Below are positions 10,091-20,078 of a stretch of 64,000 bases of DNA, piece by piece. Numbering within the stretch: position 1 is the stretch's first letter; the number at the start of each line of letters is the position of its first letter. The position numbers and the translations under genes are program-made. This DNA comes from Chlamydiota bacterium (GTDB lineage Bacteria; Chlamydiota; Chlamydiia; Chlamydiales; RGXB01). The DNA lies in contig CANLTW010000008.1 in NCBI GenBank assembly GCA_947494155.1, positions 1 through 64,000 on the forward strand, in the 5' to 3' direction. Under the pieces are notes generated by a model. It worked only from the letters and a program-made list of their open reading frames with translations, was not told the DNA's origin and ran no database searches.

Positions 10091-11048
10091 GAGCCCTTTT
10101 TAAGCAAGCGTTGACGACCTTCTCGGCATCGAAATAGGCGAGATATTCTTTATGTTTATGCATGAGGACATTAGATAGTGCGATTTTGTTTTCTGCATTT
10201 TTTTTATCGCGCAAAAGTATTTTCAAAAAATTCTCTCGATGAATCGCCGGAAAGGGTGTTTTATAGGGGAAATAGGAGGCGATTTTTTGTCTCAAAACCA
10301 ATGGAAACTCGAGCAACTCCATCTCAACACTCATTCCATGCTGTACAGCTTCCCCATGAGACATGGTAAAGTCAAGATAGGCTTCAAGTGCATGACCTAC
10401 AGTATGTCCGAAATTTAGCAGCTTACGCAGCCCTTTTTCCTGAATATCCTCTCCGACAATCCCCTGTTTTAAAGCCCGTGCCCGCTCAATGGATTTTTCT
10501 GAAGGGGGAAATTCCCAATCCTCAAGGAAAGAACCAGAATATTGCCTCTTCAAACGCTCTTCAGTTTGCTCTATAGAGCAAAAAGCATCGATCACTGCTA
10601 CCTTGATCATCTCCACATAACCCGGATAAAGCTCCTCGGGCGACATTAGGGATAAAAAGTACATGTCCAGAAATGTTTGTTTAGGAAGGTAAGTAGTTCC
10701 TAGTATATTTTTTACCCATGGGCGATTGATCCCATTTTTTCCCCCAATCGAGGCATCCACCATCGCAAGGAGAGTTGTAGGGACAAAAGCGACTTCTACC
10801 CCCCTCATAAATGTTGCAGCAACAAAACCCACAAGATCCAAAACAGATCCTCCCCCCACGGCCACCAAAAGATCCGATTTTTTAAAGTCTTTTTCAATTA
10901 AAAAATCGATAATCTTGAGATAGGAATCGATGGATTTATTTGTTTCGTTCCCCTCAATTTCAAAAAAAGTACCCTCCAGCCCGAAACGGGAGAGTCTGGA
11001 CAAATGATTTTTCAAACACTTTGCGTAGACAATTACCTGACGAGACAA
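10065..11048 (-). CDS. aroB: 3-dehydroquinate synthase
   Basis: GGGSVLDLVGFVAATFMRG, PTTLLAMVDASIGGKNGIN, LNFGHTVGHALE, HGEAV. Confidence 0.96.
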   Translation of the reverse strand: MSRQVIVYAKCLKNHLSRLSRFGLEGTFFEIEGNETNKSIDSYLKIIDFLIEKDFKKSDLLVAVGGGSVLDLVGFVAATFMRGVEVAFVPTTLLAMVDASIGGKNGINRPWVKNILGTTYLPKQTFLDMYFLSLMSPEELYPGYVEMIKVAVIDAFCSIEQTEERLKRQYSGSFLEDWEFPPSEKSIERARALKQGIVGEDIQEKGLRKLLNFGHTVGHALEAYLDFTMSHGEAVQHGMSVEMELLEFPLVLRQKIASYFPYKTPFPAIHRENFLKILLRDKKNAENKIALSNVLMHKHKEYLAYFDAEKVVNACLKRAHDSLYPGA

Positions 11049-12136
11049 GATAACTCCTTATCTTTCATGTATTGCCCGTTGTTGGCTAAAAAAAGGTCCA
11101 TCAAAGTGAGCCAAAGCATCGATTCCACTACAATTCTGGCACGAGGAGCAACAAGGGGGTCGTGTCTCCCTTTCACCTCAAGGAGTTTATTCATCGAAAA
11201 CTGCTCTTTTGCAATAGAAGATGGGGCTTTAAAAAACACCTCTCCATACAGAGGTTCCCCTGTAGAAATTCCCCCTAAAGTACCCGCAGAGTCGTTTTTT
11301 TGGAGCCTGATTTCTTTGTTTTCATCCACCCTAAAAGGATCATTGAACTCAGATCCTTTTTTGAATCTAAAGCTGTCTATATCCCCAAAAACAACCCCTT
11401 TGGCTGCTGGTAATGTCATCAAAGCGTTAGCGATAGCATTTGTGATTTTCCAGTACACCGGCTCACCAAGAGAGCAGAGCATAGGATCGACTCGAAAATA
11501 GACCGAACTGGGAAGGGAATCTTTGTTTTCCAAACACTCTTCAACTAGTGCTTTCCATAATGTGCTCGTGGCCGGATCATGACACCCAAACGGATCAGTT
11601 GTAACCCTTAGGCGGGCTTGATCAAACCCATCCATAATTTCGGGGGCACGCACGCTTGCTATCTGCCGCACATCGGCTAGAAGATCCAAACCGGTAGTTT
11701 TTAAAAGCTGTTTGGCGATCGAACCGGCAACCACCCTCAAGACAGTCTCTCTTGCCGAGGCTCTTCCGCCCCCCCTTAAATCTACATGTGCATACTTTTG
11801 CAAATAGGTGAAATCAGCATGTCCAGGACGGATGTTTTGTTCTAGGAACTGGTAATCTTCGGGTCTTTGATCCGTATTTCGAATGATAAATGCCAGCGGG
11901 GTGCCTAACGTTTTTCCATTGTAAACGCCCGACAGAATTTCGACTTTGTCCGGCTCTTTGCGTTTGGAGGTGTAGGGGGATCTGCCTGGTGCCCTAAGAT
12001 CCAAATCCTGCTGAATCTCCTCAAGAAAAAGGGGAAATCCGCTCGGAACGCCATCTAAAATGCCCACATAACCTGCTCCGTGGGATTCGCCAGCTGTTGT
12101 CAAGGTGAAGTAACGACCGAATGTATTGCTTGCCAT
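11033..12136 (-). CDS. aroC: Chorismate synthase
   Basis: NTFG...TTAGESHG, RPGHAD, GGGRASARET, GGISTG, GRHDP. Confidence 0.97.
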   Translation of the reverse strand: MASNTFGRYFTLTTAGESHGAGYVGILDGVPSGFPLFLEEIQQDLDLRAPGRSPYTSKRKEPDKVEILSGVYNGKTLGTPLAFIIRNTDQRPEDYQFLEQNIRPGHADFTYLQKYAHVDLRGGGRASARETVLRVVAGSIAKQLLKTTGLDLLADVRQIASVRAPEIMDGFDQARLRVTTDPFGCHDPATSTLWKALVEECLENKDSLPSSVYFRVDPMLCSLGEPVYWKITNAIANALMTLPAAKGVVFGDIDSFRFKKGSEFNDPFRVDENKEIRLQKNDSAGTLGGISTGEPLYGEVFFKAPSSIAKEQFSMNKLLEVKGRHDPLVAPRARIVVESMLWLTLMDLFLANNGQYMKDKELSCLVR

Positions 12137-12615
12137 AAACGTAGTGTATCGACCTCAATATCTTCTCCTGATAATTCTACCTCGATTTGGGCTTTATCGG
12201 CATAGGTTTTTTCTCTTTGGTAAATCCATTCTTCTAAATCCACCCCTTGTAAATAGGGGGCTTGCAGATCGAGACGTTTTTTCAACACAGACAACGGGGG
12301 TTTGATCCAAACCATAGTGTAACGAAGAGGATCTTTTTTAAGTGGGGCACCCCCTCCTACTGCAACTAAATCTACCCCTTTTTCTAGAAGCTTCTCAAAC
12401 TCAAGCAGCTCTTCCTTGCGAAAAAAAGGCTCCTGGAACTTCTGAAAGAGCCCTCTTACGGGCATGGAGTGTTTCTTTTCCAAAACAGCATCAAGATCGG
12501 TAAAATTCCATTGATAAAGGCTCGATAAAAACCTGCCCAAGGTCGTCTTTCCCGATTTTGGCAGCCCAATCAGGACAAAAGGTTTCGAAAAAGTTTGGAA
12601 AAGATTTTGACACAC
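12100..12615 (-). CDS. aroK: Shikimate kinase
   Basis: LIGLPKSGKTT P-loop, DLD, FRKEE, VGGG; start placed at in-frame GTG 12615, the nearest start upstream of the P-loop (ORF track extends to 12669). Confidence 0.88.
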   Translation of the reverse strand: MCQNLFQTFSKPFVLIGLPKSGKTTLGRFLSSLYQWNFTDLDAVLEKKHSMPVRGLFQKFQEPFFRKEELLEFEKLLEKGVDLVAVGGGAPLKKDPLRYTMVWIKPPLSVLKKRLDLQAPYLQGVDLEEWIYQREKTYADKAQIEVELSGEDIEVDTLRLWQAIHSVVTSP

Positions 12616-13657
12616 ATTGTACCCCTTCAATTGTAGTGGTGCCGTTTGCACGAATAGCAGCGACAGCAAGACTCATGGCGATTCTATGGTCTTGATGCGA
12701 TTGCACTTTTGCCCCTTTTAAATTAGAGGGTGTTACAACCAGATAGTCCTCTTGTGCAAAAATAGCGATTTTCGCCCCCATTTTCTCAAGCTCCATTTTC
12801 ATCGCATAAGGTCTATCTGACTCTTTTTGCCTAGCGACATGTATCCCGCGTATCACCGTAGGACCCTTTTTGTACAATGCAAGCACCATCAGAATGGGGA
12901 GCAAATCGGGCGTGTCGATGATAGAACAGCTCTCTTTTTCCAAAAAAGAAAAAAGCTCTTTATCGCCCTGTGTATCCTGGACATCAAGGTGGGTTAGGTC
13001 TAACTGGAGATCCAGAATCTTATGTACCGCAACAACAAATGCAAGCGAGCTGTAATCAGGCGGGATCGACACATGAAAAAAAGGGACCTCTAAAGGGCCA
13101 ACCAAAGAGAAAGTTCTCCAATCGTTGTTTTCGATCGCAAGACCGCTTTTTTTCAGCCAATCCAAAGTGATCTGCACATAGGGCTTCTCACAGGGATTCT
13201 CGACAGCTACCCGACTTTCCCCCTCGACTTGAGATAGAGCAATCAAAAGACTCGAAACGTGCTGAGAATTTGTTCCGTCGACAGTGACCGATCCGCAGAC
13301 GATAGGCCCTTCAATCGAAAAGGGCGCATACCCCTCTTTTTCGAGATAGACTATTTTTGCGCCAAGAGAAGAAAGGGCATTTACAAGGGGTTTAACAGGG
13401 CGTAGATGCCGAATCGAAAAATCGCCGGTTAAAAAAGTTTTTTTACTTCTTAAAGAGGCAAGAGCCATATAAAAATGGAGAGCCAAGCCGGAATTTTTCA
13501 CATCTATAGTTTCCAGCCGATCCCAGTTTTCTAAATTCTTTTTAAATTCATGCACCTCAGGAGCGTCTAAAATATTTTCTATAGTGCAATCTTTTTTTGC
13601 CAAGTGTCTGAAAAGCAGTGCTCTCATAGTGTGAGACTTAGAGGGGGGAATTTTCAT
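12491..13657 (-). CDS. aroA: 3-phosphoshikimate 1-carboxyvinyltransferase (EPSP synthase), compact
   Basis: PPSKSHTMRAL, RPVKPL, SQHVSSLL, RQKESDR, DHRIAM, SKSFPNFF; about 30 extra residues run into aroK. Confidence 0.95.
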   Translation of the reverse strand: MKIPPSKSHTMRALLFRHLAKKDCTIENILDAPEVHEFKKNLENWDRLETIDVKNSGLALHFYMALASLRSKKTFLTGDFSIRHLRPVKPLVNALSSLGAKIVYLEKEGYAPFSIEGPIVCGSVTVDGTNSQHVSSLLIALSQVEGESRVAVENPCEKPYVQITLDWLKKSGLAIENNDWRTFSLVGPLEVPFFHVSIPPDYSSLAFVVAVHKILDLQLDLTHLDVQDTQGDKELFSFLEKESCSIIDTPDLLPILMVLALYKKGPTVIRGIHVARQKESDRPYAMKMELEKMGAKIAIFAQEDYLVVTPSNLKGAKVQSHQDHRIAMSLAVAAIRANGTTTIEGVQCVSKSFPNFFETFCPDWAAKIGKDDLGQVFIEPLSMEFYRS

Positions 13658-13695
13658 TCTTTGAGGATGCCATAATCTCCCTTTTCTTTCAAAAA

Positions 13696-14553
13696 ATGCA
13701 AAGGTTAGGTAAAATCCTTTCTATGAAACGTTTTTTCAAAGCCTTTTTAATCGGTATTGTAGTTTTATTTACTGGAAACACCATATATCTCTACAATGCC
13801 CAAGACTCTCTTATATTCAATTACAAACCACTGCCCCAAAACTACTCATTCGAAATGTCGCAGAAATTTGAAGAGCGGAGCTATCGCGTGGATCGGGGTA
13901 TTGATCTGAATGCCCTCTATTTTCCCCAAACCGCTTTAACTGAAGCCAAAGGGGTGGTGATCTGCTTCCACGGAAGAGGATCCAACCTTTCATCAGATTG
14001 GGGCAAACTTTCTAAATTTTATGCCAAAAAGGGTTACGATTTTATCGTTTACGACTACCGCGGTTTTGGAAAAAGCCCCGGCCGTATTGATTTAAACAAC
14101 CTCTATAGCGACCCCTTGAAGATGTACGAGATCATCACGTCGGAATACAAGGGGAAAAAAGTAATTGTGTTAGGCAGATCAATGGGGACAAATTTTGCCA
14201 CCTACGTAGCCGCAATGAAAAAACCGGATGGCCTTGTTCTTGACGCCCCCTTTTACAGCATGCTGGATATGGCTTGCTTAATGAAACCTTACATACCCCG
14301 TTTCCTGCTGCAAAAAATTCTCAAATATCCGATGCGCACCAACCAATCTATCAATAAGGTTGATTGCCCTATTATCGTATTTCACGGAACGGCCGACAAA
14401 ACAGTCCCCTATTGTGAATCTGTCCGCCTTTTTGATATCATCAAACACAAAGACAAAACCCGTTTTGTCAAACTTGAGGGGATGGACCATTTTAGCCTAT
14501 CCCAACATCCCGATTACGAACCCTCAATAGATAGTTTCTTGAAAGAATTATGA
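13696..14553 (+). CDS. Alpha/beta hydrolase with N-terminal membrane anchor (ABHD13/Bem46-like)
   Basis: FHG, DYRGFGKS, GRSMG nucleophile elbow, HGTAD, DH. Confidence 0.9.
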   Translation: MQRLGKILSMKRFFKAFLIGIVVLFTGNTIYLYNAQDSLIFNYKPLPQNYSFEMSQKFEERSYRVDRGIDLNALYFPQTALTEAKGVVICFHGRGSNLSSDWGKLSKFYAKKGYDFIVYDYRGFGKSPGRIDLNNLYSDPLKMYEIITSEYKGKKVIVLGRSMGTNFATYVAAMKKPDGLVLDAPFYSMLDMACLMKPYIPRFLLQKILKYPMRTNQSINKVDCPIIVFHGTADKTVPYCESVRLFDIIKHKDKTRFVKLEGMDHFSLSQHPDYEPSIDSFLKEL

Positions 14554-15362
14554 AAAAAATCCTTCTTGCCTTAGCCCTTTGTTCCGGCCCTTTTTGCTAT
14601 ATTGGTTATCTGCACCAAAATCAGGAAAATCTAATCTTTGACATCCGAAAACTTCACAAAGACTACAAATTCGAATTTTCGATCCCCTTCGAGGAGCTAA
14701 CTATCAAAGGGGCAGATATAGTGACGCCCCTCTCTGCAATTCACTTCAAAACGCCACATAAAAGAAAAGGGGTTGTTTTTTTCTTACACGGAAGCGGGAC
14801 AAACATCAGCGAAATCCCCTCGTCTTTGCCAGAAAAAGTGATCGAAAAAGGGTATGATTTCTTCACTTATGATTACAGAGGTTTTGGAAAAAGCGGTGGT
14901 AAAATTACAGAGCAAGATCTTTTAGAGGATTCTAGAGTCATCTACAACCGTCTTGTAAACCAATACGGTGAAAAAAACGTCATTCTTTACGGCCGCTCGC
15001 TTGGAACCTCGCTTGCTACATTTATAGCCTCACAAAACACCCCGAAACATCTTGTTTTAGAGGCACCCTTTTACAGCATGCTGGATATGGCTCAAAATGA
15101 ATACCCTTTTCTACCCAAAACAGCTGTAGAATCGATCCTTTCATTCCATTTACGTAGTGATCTTTGGATTAGCGATGTGCAAATTCCTATCACGTTTGCT
15201 CATGGTGATCAAGATGACTGGGTTCCCCTGACAGAGGCTAACCGGTTATTTGAAAAAGCTCAGGCTCAAAAGAAAGAGTTCAACCTCTTTAAAGAGTGGG
15301 GACACGATCATTTTTGTGATCACCCCGAGTATGACAATTTACTCGATAGAATTTTGACCTAG
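14550..15362 (+). CDS. Alpha/beta hydrolase, tandem paralog
   Basis: LHG, DYRGFGKS, GRSLG, HGDQD, GHDH; ATGA overlap with upstream paralog. Confidence 0.9.
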   Translation: MKKILLALALCSGPFCYIGYLHQNQENLIFDIRKLHKDYKFEFSIPFEELTIKGADIVTPLSAIHFKTPHKRKGVVFFLHGSGTNISEIPSSLPEKVIEKGYDFFTYDYRGFGKSGGKITEQDLLEDSRVIYNRLVNQYGEKNVILYGRSLGTSLATFIASQNTPKHLVLEAPFYSMLDMAQNEYPFLPKTAVESILSFHLRSDLWISDVQIPITFAHGDQDDWVPLTEANRLFEKAQAQKKEFNLFKEWGHDHFCDHPEYDNLLDRILT

Positions 15363-15374
15363 AGAAAGAAGTAC

Positions 15375-15413
15375 TGCACAAAAATCATTTTAATGACCTT
15401 TGTGCAACTTTTT
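15375..15413. terminator. Hairpin between convergent hydrolase and hss genes
   Basis: TGCACAAA..TCATT-tt-AATGA..TTTGTGCA followed by a T run on +. Confidence 0.6.
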
Positions 15414-16860
15414 AGACTAATTGAGGCTCTTTGAGAGCAACCTTTTCCCAACTTAATAAATTTTTATTAGGCACTATCATCAGATCAAAAAGGGTATCTC
15501 CTTGAGGCATATGATAAGCGGTTGTTTCCACAAATTCTACACGACCCAAATAGGGAGTTGCTAATCTAAGAGCATAGTGGGGATCGATCTCCTCTGGTGA
15601 GATCAGGCCAAGATGGGGATTCTCGATGAGATAGCTGATCGCAGCATAAACTCCCGATCCCACCTGCGTAAGTGTTGCATTCACATCCAACGATACAGAA
15701 TCGGTGCTCTCAACTATCGAGCCGATCCAAAAAGTTCTAAGACCTGTCTTAGTGCGAAAGTACATCAAGCAGCCAATACTGTCGTACCCTCCGGCTATCT
15801 CTTTGGCCGATAGAAACCTCGTCGGTATTTCCCTATCTTTACGCGCAGCCTCTAGTAGCTCTTTACCCGAGTCGCTAGGCTCATAGCAATAGTAAACAGA
15901 GGGCCAGTAATCCCCGTTTTTCAAATGCCGAGCAAGACTATGAGCCTCTTGATGCGGAATAATTCGTCCGTGGACGAGGCCCTGGCGTGGCTCATAAGAT
16001 TGAGCTATCACATCGATACTGGGACAGGGAAAGAAGATCTGCAAACTCTCCTCCCGATGCTCTTTATCCACATTTTGCGGAATAAAATCTTCATGGGATC
16101 CCATAGTATAAGCACAAGAGTCAAACGCCTCATCAATAAAACCTGTAGGGGACCAGGTATTGTAAAACCGATCCCGAGTCAATGTCTTTTCAGGGTACTG
16201 TGTATCACGCTCGACAATTTGGATTGTGGTTAATCCAAGTCTTTCTGCCACTAGATGGTACTGCTTGAGAGCAATTAGTGGTTCAAGTGAGGGGTCTAAA
16301 ATTTTTGCAACTTTTTCCAAACCAACTAGCGCCATGCTACTCACAATACCGGGATTCATGCCGTAGGTATACACCATACTATTTTTGAAGTGACGAGTCT
16401 TTTTAAGGATTGTCTGTTCTAGCAAGGTCAAGCTATCCTGGTAACCCCTATTAAGATCGGTGACAGGATCATCCCACAAGTCTAAAGCAGTATCGATATA
16501 AAGGGCCCCTTTTGCTTCCGCAAAAAGGAGGATATCCAAGGTGCCGACACGCGTACTGAGGTTCACAATCAGAGCATTCTGTTGAATCTCTTTTCCAAGA
16601 ATTTCCAGGTAATTGTTTTTCTCGATGGCGATCTTTAACCAGATGCAGTTTTTGTCTTTTGACTCGAATCGGTTTTCAGTTATTTGCTCGATGGGGGGGA
16701 AAAGACGTAGAGCGCCTATTTCTTGAATATCCATGGGTTCTATAAAAAGAACCTTTTTATCTCTTAACCACTCAGGTCTTTCTTTATGTAAAATCTCAAT
16801 AAAGGCTCTTGCAACACCACCTACGCCCAAGAATACCCATTGCTCAATCGTTTTACTCAA
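15412..16860 (-). CDS. hss: Homospermidine synthase
   Basis: Rossmann GVGGVA, YIDT, GMNPGIVS, ERDTQ, NTWSPTGFIDE, HQEA, PSVYYCY, GYDSIG, NATLTQV. Confidence 0.9.
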   Translation of the reverse strand: MSKTIEQWVFLGVGGVARAFIEILHKERPEWLRDKKVLFIEPMDIQEIGALRLFPPIEQITENRFESKDKNCIWLKIAIEKNNYLEILGKEIQQNALIVNLSTRVGTLDILLFAEAKGALYIDTALDLWDDPVTDLNRGYQDSLTLLEQTILKKTRHFKNSMVYTYGMNPGIVSSMALVGLEKVAKILDPSLEPLIALKQYHLVAERLGLTTIQIVERDTQYPEKTLTRDRFYNTWSPTGFIDEAFDSCAYTMGSHEDFIPQNVDKEHREESLQIFFPCPSIDVIAQSYEPRQGLVHGRIIPHQEAHSLARHLKNGDYWPSVYYCYEPSDSGKELLEAARKDREIPTRFLSAKEIAGGYDSIGCLMYFRTKTGLRTFWIGSIVESTDSVSLDVNATLTQVGSGVYAAISYLIENPHLGLISPEEIDPHYALRLATPYLGRVEFVETTAYHMPQGDTLFDLMIVPNKNLLSWEKVALKEPQLV

Positions 16861-16970
16861 TTTAGAATCCTTTTTCTAACCCCCCCCCTTTCCTACCGCT
16901 TAATTCCATAATAACTTTTAAAAAAAGAGGGGAAAAAGCTGGGTAAGAAAAGGGGGGTTCTTCCTTTTTG

Positions 16971-19559
16971 CTACGAAGTTGCTCTTGAAGCCCTGATGAT
17001 TATATTAGCAATCAATGCGGTCCAGCCAGTCTGGTGGCTTGCACCTAGCCCTTGCCCCGTATCGGGATTAAAGTATTCAAAAAATTGCAGATATTGACCC
17101 ATGTCGGGCTTGAGAAAGAGCGGATCTCCTCCGTAAATTGGCCTCCCTTTATCAGTTTCAGCGAACATCGAGGTTAATCGATTTTTTAAATCGTTTGCAA
17201 GCGCTATTGCAGTGTGCTCTTCCCCCGTGGGGTATTTCAGTTTCCACTCTTCGCCGAAGACCTCATCAATCTTCAAAAGAAGGTCAAAAACCATATAGTT
17301 AATAGGGAGCCAAACAGGCCCTCTCCAGTTTGAGTTCCCCCCCATGATTCTTTGTGTAGATTCGTTTGGTTCATAGCTCAGAATTTGCCCATTAAAATGT
17401 ACAGGATGATCTTTATGGTAGTACGAAAGGCTTCTTATGCCATACGGAGCCAAAAACTCGTCTCTATCAAAAATTTTTTGCAAGACCCGCTCGAGCCTTT
17501 CCATAGGGGCCAAAACCAAAAGATATCCCGATTTATTTCCCCTCTCAATCCGAACAACAACATCTTTTGTCATTTGATCCATACGTCGAATAAGTCGTTT
17601 GAAAAGATAAGAGAACTCCGGAAATTTCTCTAATTCTTTGTCATCGATCCACTCAAATGCAAATGTGGGTACCACACCTACAAGGCTTTTTATCTTTATT
17701 TGCTCTTCTTTCCCGTCAGGGTATCGCATCACATCATAAAAAAACCCATCCTCTTCAGACCAGTTATTGACTTTGCGATTGAACCCTTTACTAAATCCAT
17801 TCGCAATCAGCGCAAAATGGCGCAGATACTTAGAAGCCATCACCTCATACACAGGGTCGACTTTTGCAATTTCTAATGCGGTACGCATCATCACCAATGC
17901 AAAAAGGGCCATCCATGCGGTGGAATCGGACTGTTCAATCATCTGCTGACTTTGCTGAAGACTCTCTCGATCTACCACGCTGATGTTATCAAAACCACAA
18001 AATCCCCCCTCAAAGACATTCAGCCCCGAGCGATCTTTTCGATTCACCCACCAGGTAAAATGGATGGTTAGGCGCTCAAAGCATTTTTTTAGAAAATCGA
18101 TATCCTGAATTTGATTGAACTCTTTTTCATAGCGAAAAAGCCTTAAAACGCTAAAAGCGTGTACCGGTGGGTTAACGCTAGCGAATTCCCACTCGTAACC
18201 TGGCAACATCCCGTTAGGGTGCATGATCCTATCCGAAAGAAGATACCATGCGATCTTTTTTCCATAATCGATGTCAAGATAGCCAAAAGACATCGCCTGG
18301 AAGCCCATATCCCAAGCAGCAAACCAGGGATATTCCCACTTATCGGGAATCGACAAAACATCGTAACTGTTAAAATGGATAAATGAGCGGTTCCTTATCC
18401 CCTCTGTTGGGGTTGACAACCATTTTCTGACGTTAAATTCATAATAGGTTTTGGAGTATAAAAGCGCCGAAGCTGCCCGTTTTATAATCTCTTTTTCCAA
18501 AGGGGATTTTCCAGGTAATGCAAGGAGTTCGAAAAAATCTTTCGCTTTATCCTTGACCATTTTTATTTTTTCCTCAGCCATGGAAAAGGGGTCGGTTAGG
18601 TCTTCGTCACAAAGTCTAAAAAGAAACTCTTTGACGCCATTAGGTTCAAATTCAACTAAACCGTAGAAGGCCGCCTTAGATCCCTCCTGCAGGGTGTTTT
18701 CTTTTTTATTGAGTACAATATCATGAAAAGCTCCCCTTAACCCCTCCTCATTTTCGGTAAAAAAGGCCTGGTCAAATGGGCCGTATAAAAACATATCAGG
18801 CAGTCTCCAATCTCCCTGCCTTGTATCTACCGAGGGCAAATTGGAGGTGTCCAGACGTAAACACCCCTTTTTCTCTACGAAAATCTTAGGTGGCGCTAAA
18901 CCGGATTCTCTCCAACGATTGCGAAATTGGAGCTGAGGGAGAATGTGTAATTGCTGTTTTTTTTGCGATTGATTTGTGGCCTCAAGGCGAATAAATATGT
19001 CATAAGGGGTATGTTTGAAGTACTCAATCTTGAGATCGAAATAGCCCTCATCGAAAACCTTAGTATGGTAAATTTCATATTCTCTTTCGGCGGTTGTCAG
19101 CCCTTTAGAAACATCTACCAACTCCTGGTAGGGAAACGCCTTAACTGGGTACTTGTAGAGGTACTCGACATATGAGTGATCTTTGTTTGCTGTAAGATGA
19201 TAATAGAGCTCTTTTACATCCTCACCATGATTCCCCTGATGGTTGGAGAGTCCAAAAAGCCTCTCTTTCAAAATAGGATCTTTGCCGTTCCAAAAGACAA
19301 ATGAGAAGATAAAATTTTGCCTAAAATCACAAAAACCGGCTATGGCATCTTCCCCGTAGCGATACGGGGTGTGTATCGCTTTATAGAAATCAAACCCGGT
19401 CCAGGGGTCGGTTGCAGGGCATGTATCCTCGCGCACCGTGCCCCAAGAGCGCTCGCTTACAAAACAGCCTAAATCATAATTTCTTACCGGATCTTTACGG
19501 TTAAAGAGCGGACCATTCTCAGAGGGTCTCTTGGGTAGGGGAGGATCGTGCTCTGTCAT
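16971..19559 (-). CDS. GH63/MGH1-like glycoside hydrolase (glucosidase)
   Basis: SERSWGTVRED, KERLFGL..GNHGEDVKE, PDKWEYPWFAAWD, NPPVHA, GGNSNWRGPVW, GLGASHQTGWT. Confidence 0.9.
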   Translation of the reverse strand: MTEHDPPLPKRPSENGPLFNRKDPVRNYDLGCFVSERSWGTVREDTCPATDPWTGFDFYKAIHTPYRYGEDAIAGFCDFRQNFIFSFVFWNGKDPILKERLFGLSNHQGNHGEDVKELYYHLTANKDHSYVEYLYKYPVKAFPYQELVDVSKGLTTAEREYEIYHTKVFDEGYFDLKIEYFKHTPYDIFIRLEATNQSQKKQQLHILPQLQFRNRWRESGLAPPKIFVEKKGCLRLDTSNLPSVDTRQGDWRLPDMFLYGPFDQAFFTENEEGLRGAFHDIVLNKKENTLQEGSKAAFYGLVEFEPNGVKEFLFRLCDEDLTDPFSMAEEKIKMVKDKAKDFFELLALPGKSPLEKEIIKRAASALLYSKTYYEFNVRKWLSTPTEGIRNRSFIHFNSYDVLSIPDKWEYPWFAAWDMGFQAMSFGYLDIDYGKKIAWYLLSDRIMHPNGMLPGYEWEFASVNPPVHAFSVLRLFRYEKEFNQIQDIDFLKKCFERLTIHFTWWVNRKDRSGLNVFEGGFCGFDNISVVDRESLQQSQQMIEQSDSTAWMALFALVMMRTALEIAKVDPVYEVMASKYLRHFALIANGFSKGFNRKVNNWSEEDGFFYDVMRYPDGKEEQIKIKSLVGVVPTFAFEWIDDKELEKFPEFSYLFKRLIRRMDQMTKDVVVRIERGNKSGYLLVLAPMERLERVLQKIFDRDEFLAPYGIRSLSYYHKDHPVHFNGQILSYEPNESTQRIMGGNSNWRGPVWLPINYMVFDLLLKIDEVFGEEWKLKYPTGEEHTAIALANDLKNRLTSMFAETDKGRPIYGGDPLFLKPDMGQYLQFFEYFNPDTGQGLGASHQTGWTALIANIIIRASRATS

Positions 19560-19920
19560 ACCAAACCCTTAATTTCCCCATTGCGTCCTCGCAAGAAATC
19601 AAAGACATAGTGACATGTCCGAGCAGCTCGTAACTGTCTAAAAGATTCACTTTTTCTTGCTCGTTCCAATCCTTAAACCCATGATTGCTTTTATTTGTAA
19701 ATCTTGCGGTATAAGAAATGATTGTCAAGGCAATTGAAGAAATGACTCCTAGAGTCGCAATTACGATCAATTTGGTATGGGAAATGGATAGACGAAGGGG
19801 TTCTTTGGTTATGTTTTTATCCCCCACTCCCCTTTCAGTTTGACTGTACTGCCTATTTTGCATGTCCCATTTATCTAAAATAGATTCCACCTCGGAAAAG
19901 TAGAGTTCTCTTAAAAGCAT
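19519..19920 (-). CDS. Hypothetical membrane protein
   Basis: ATG ORF with one hydrophobic helix (LIVIATLGVISSIALTIISY); overlaps downstream gene by 41 nt. Confidence 0.55.
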   Translation of the reverse strand: MLLRELYFSEVESILDKWDMQNRQYSQTERGVGDKNITKEPLRLSISHTKLIVIATLGVISSIALTIISYTARFTNKSNHGFKDWNEQEKVNLLDSYELLGHVTMSLISCEDAMGKLRVWYDRARSSPTQETL

Positions 19921-20078
19921 ATTGAATCACCATTAAATTTTTGACTTAATGAAAAAGCTTTAAACACCTTTTCTTAATCTGTTTAGGGTAAATTATTTAG
20001 GGAAATTTAGGTTAATTTACGGTTCTTTTTCAATCAAAATTTGCAAAACAAGGATTAGATCGGTAAAATAGATCCCTT

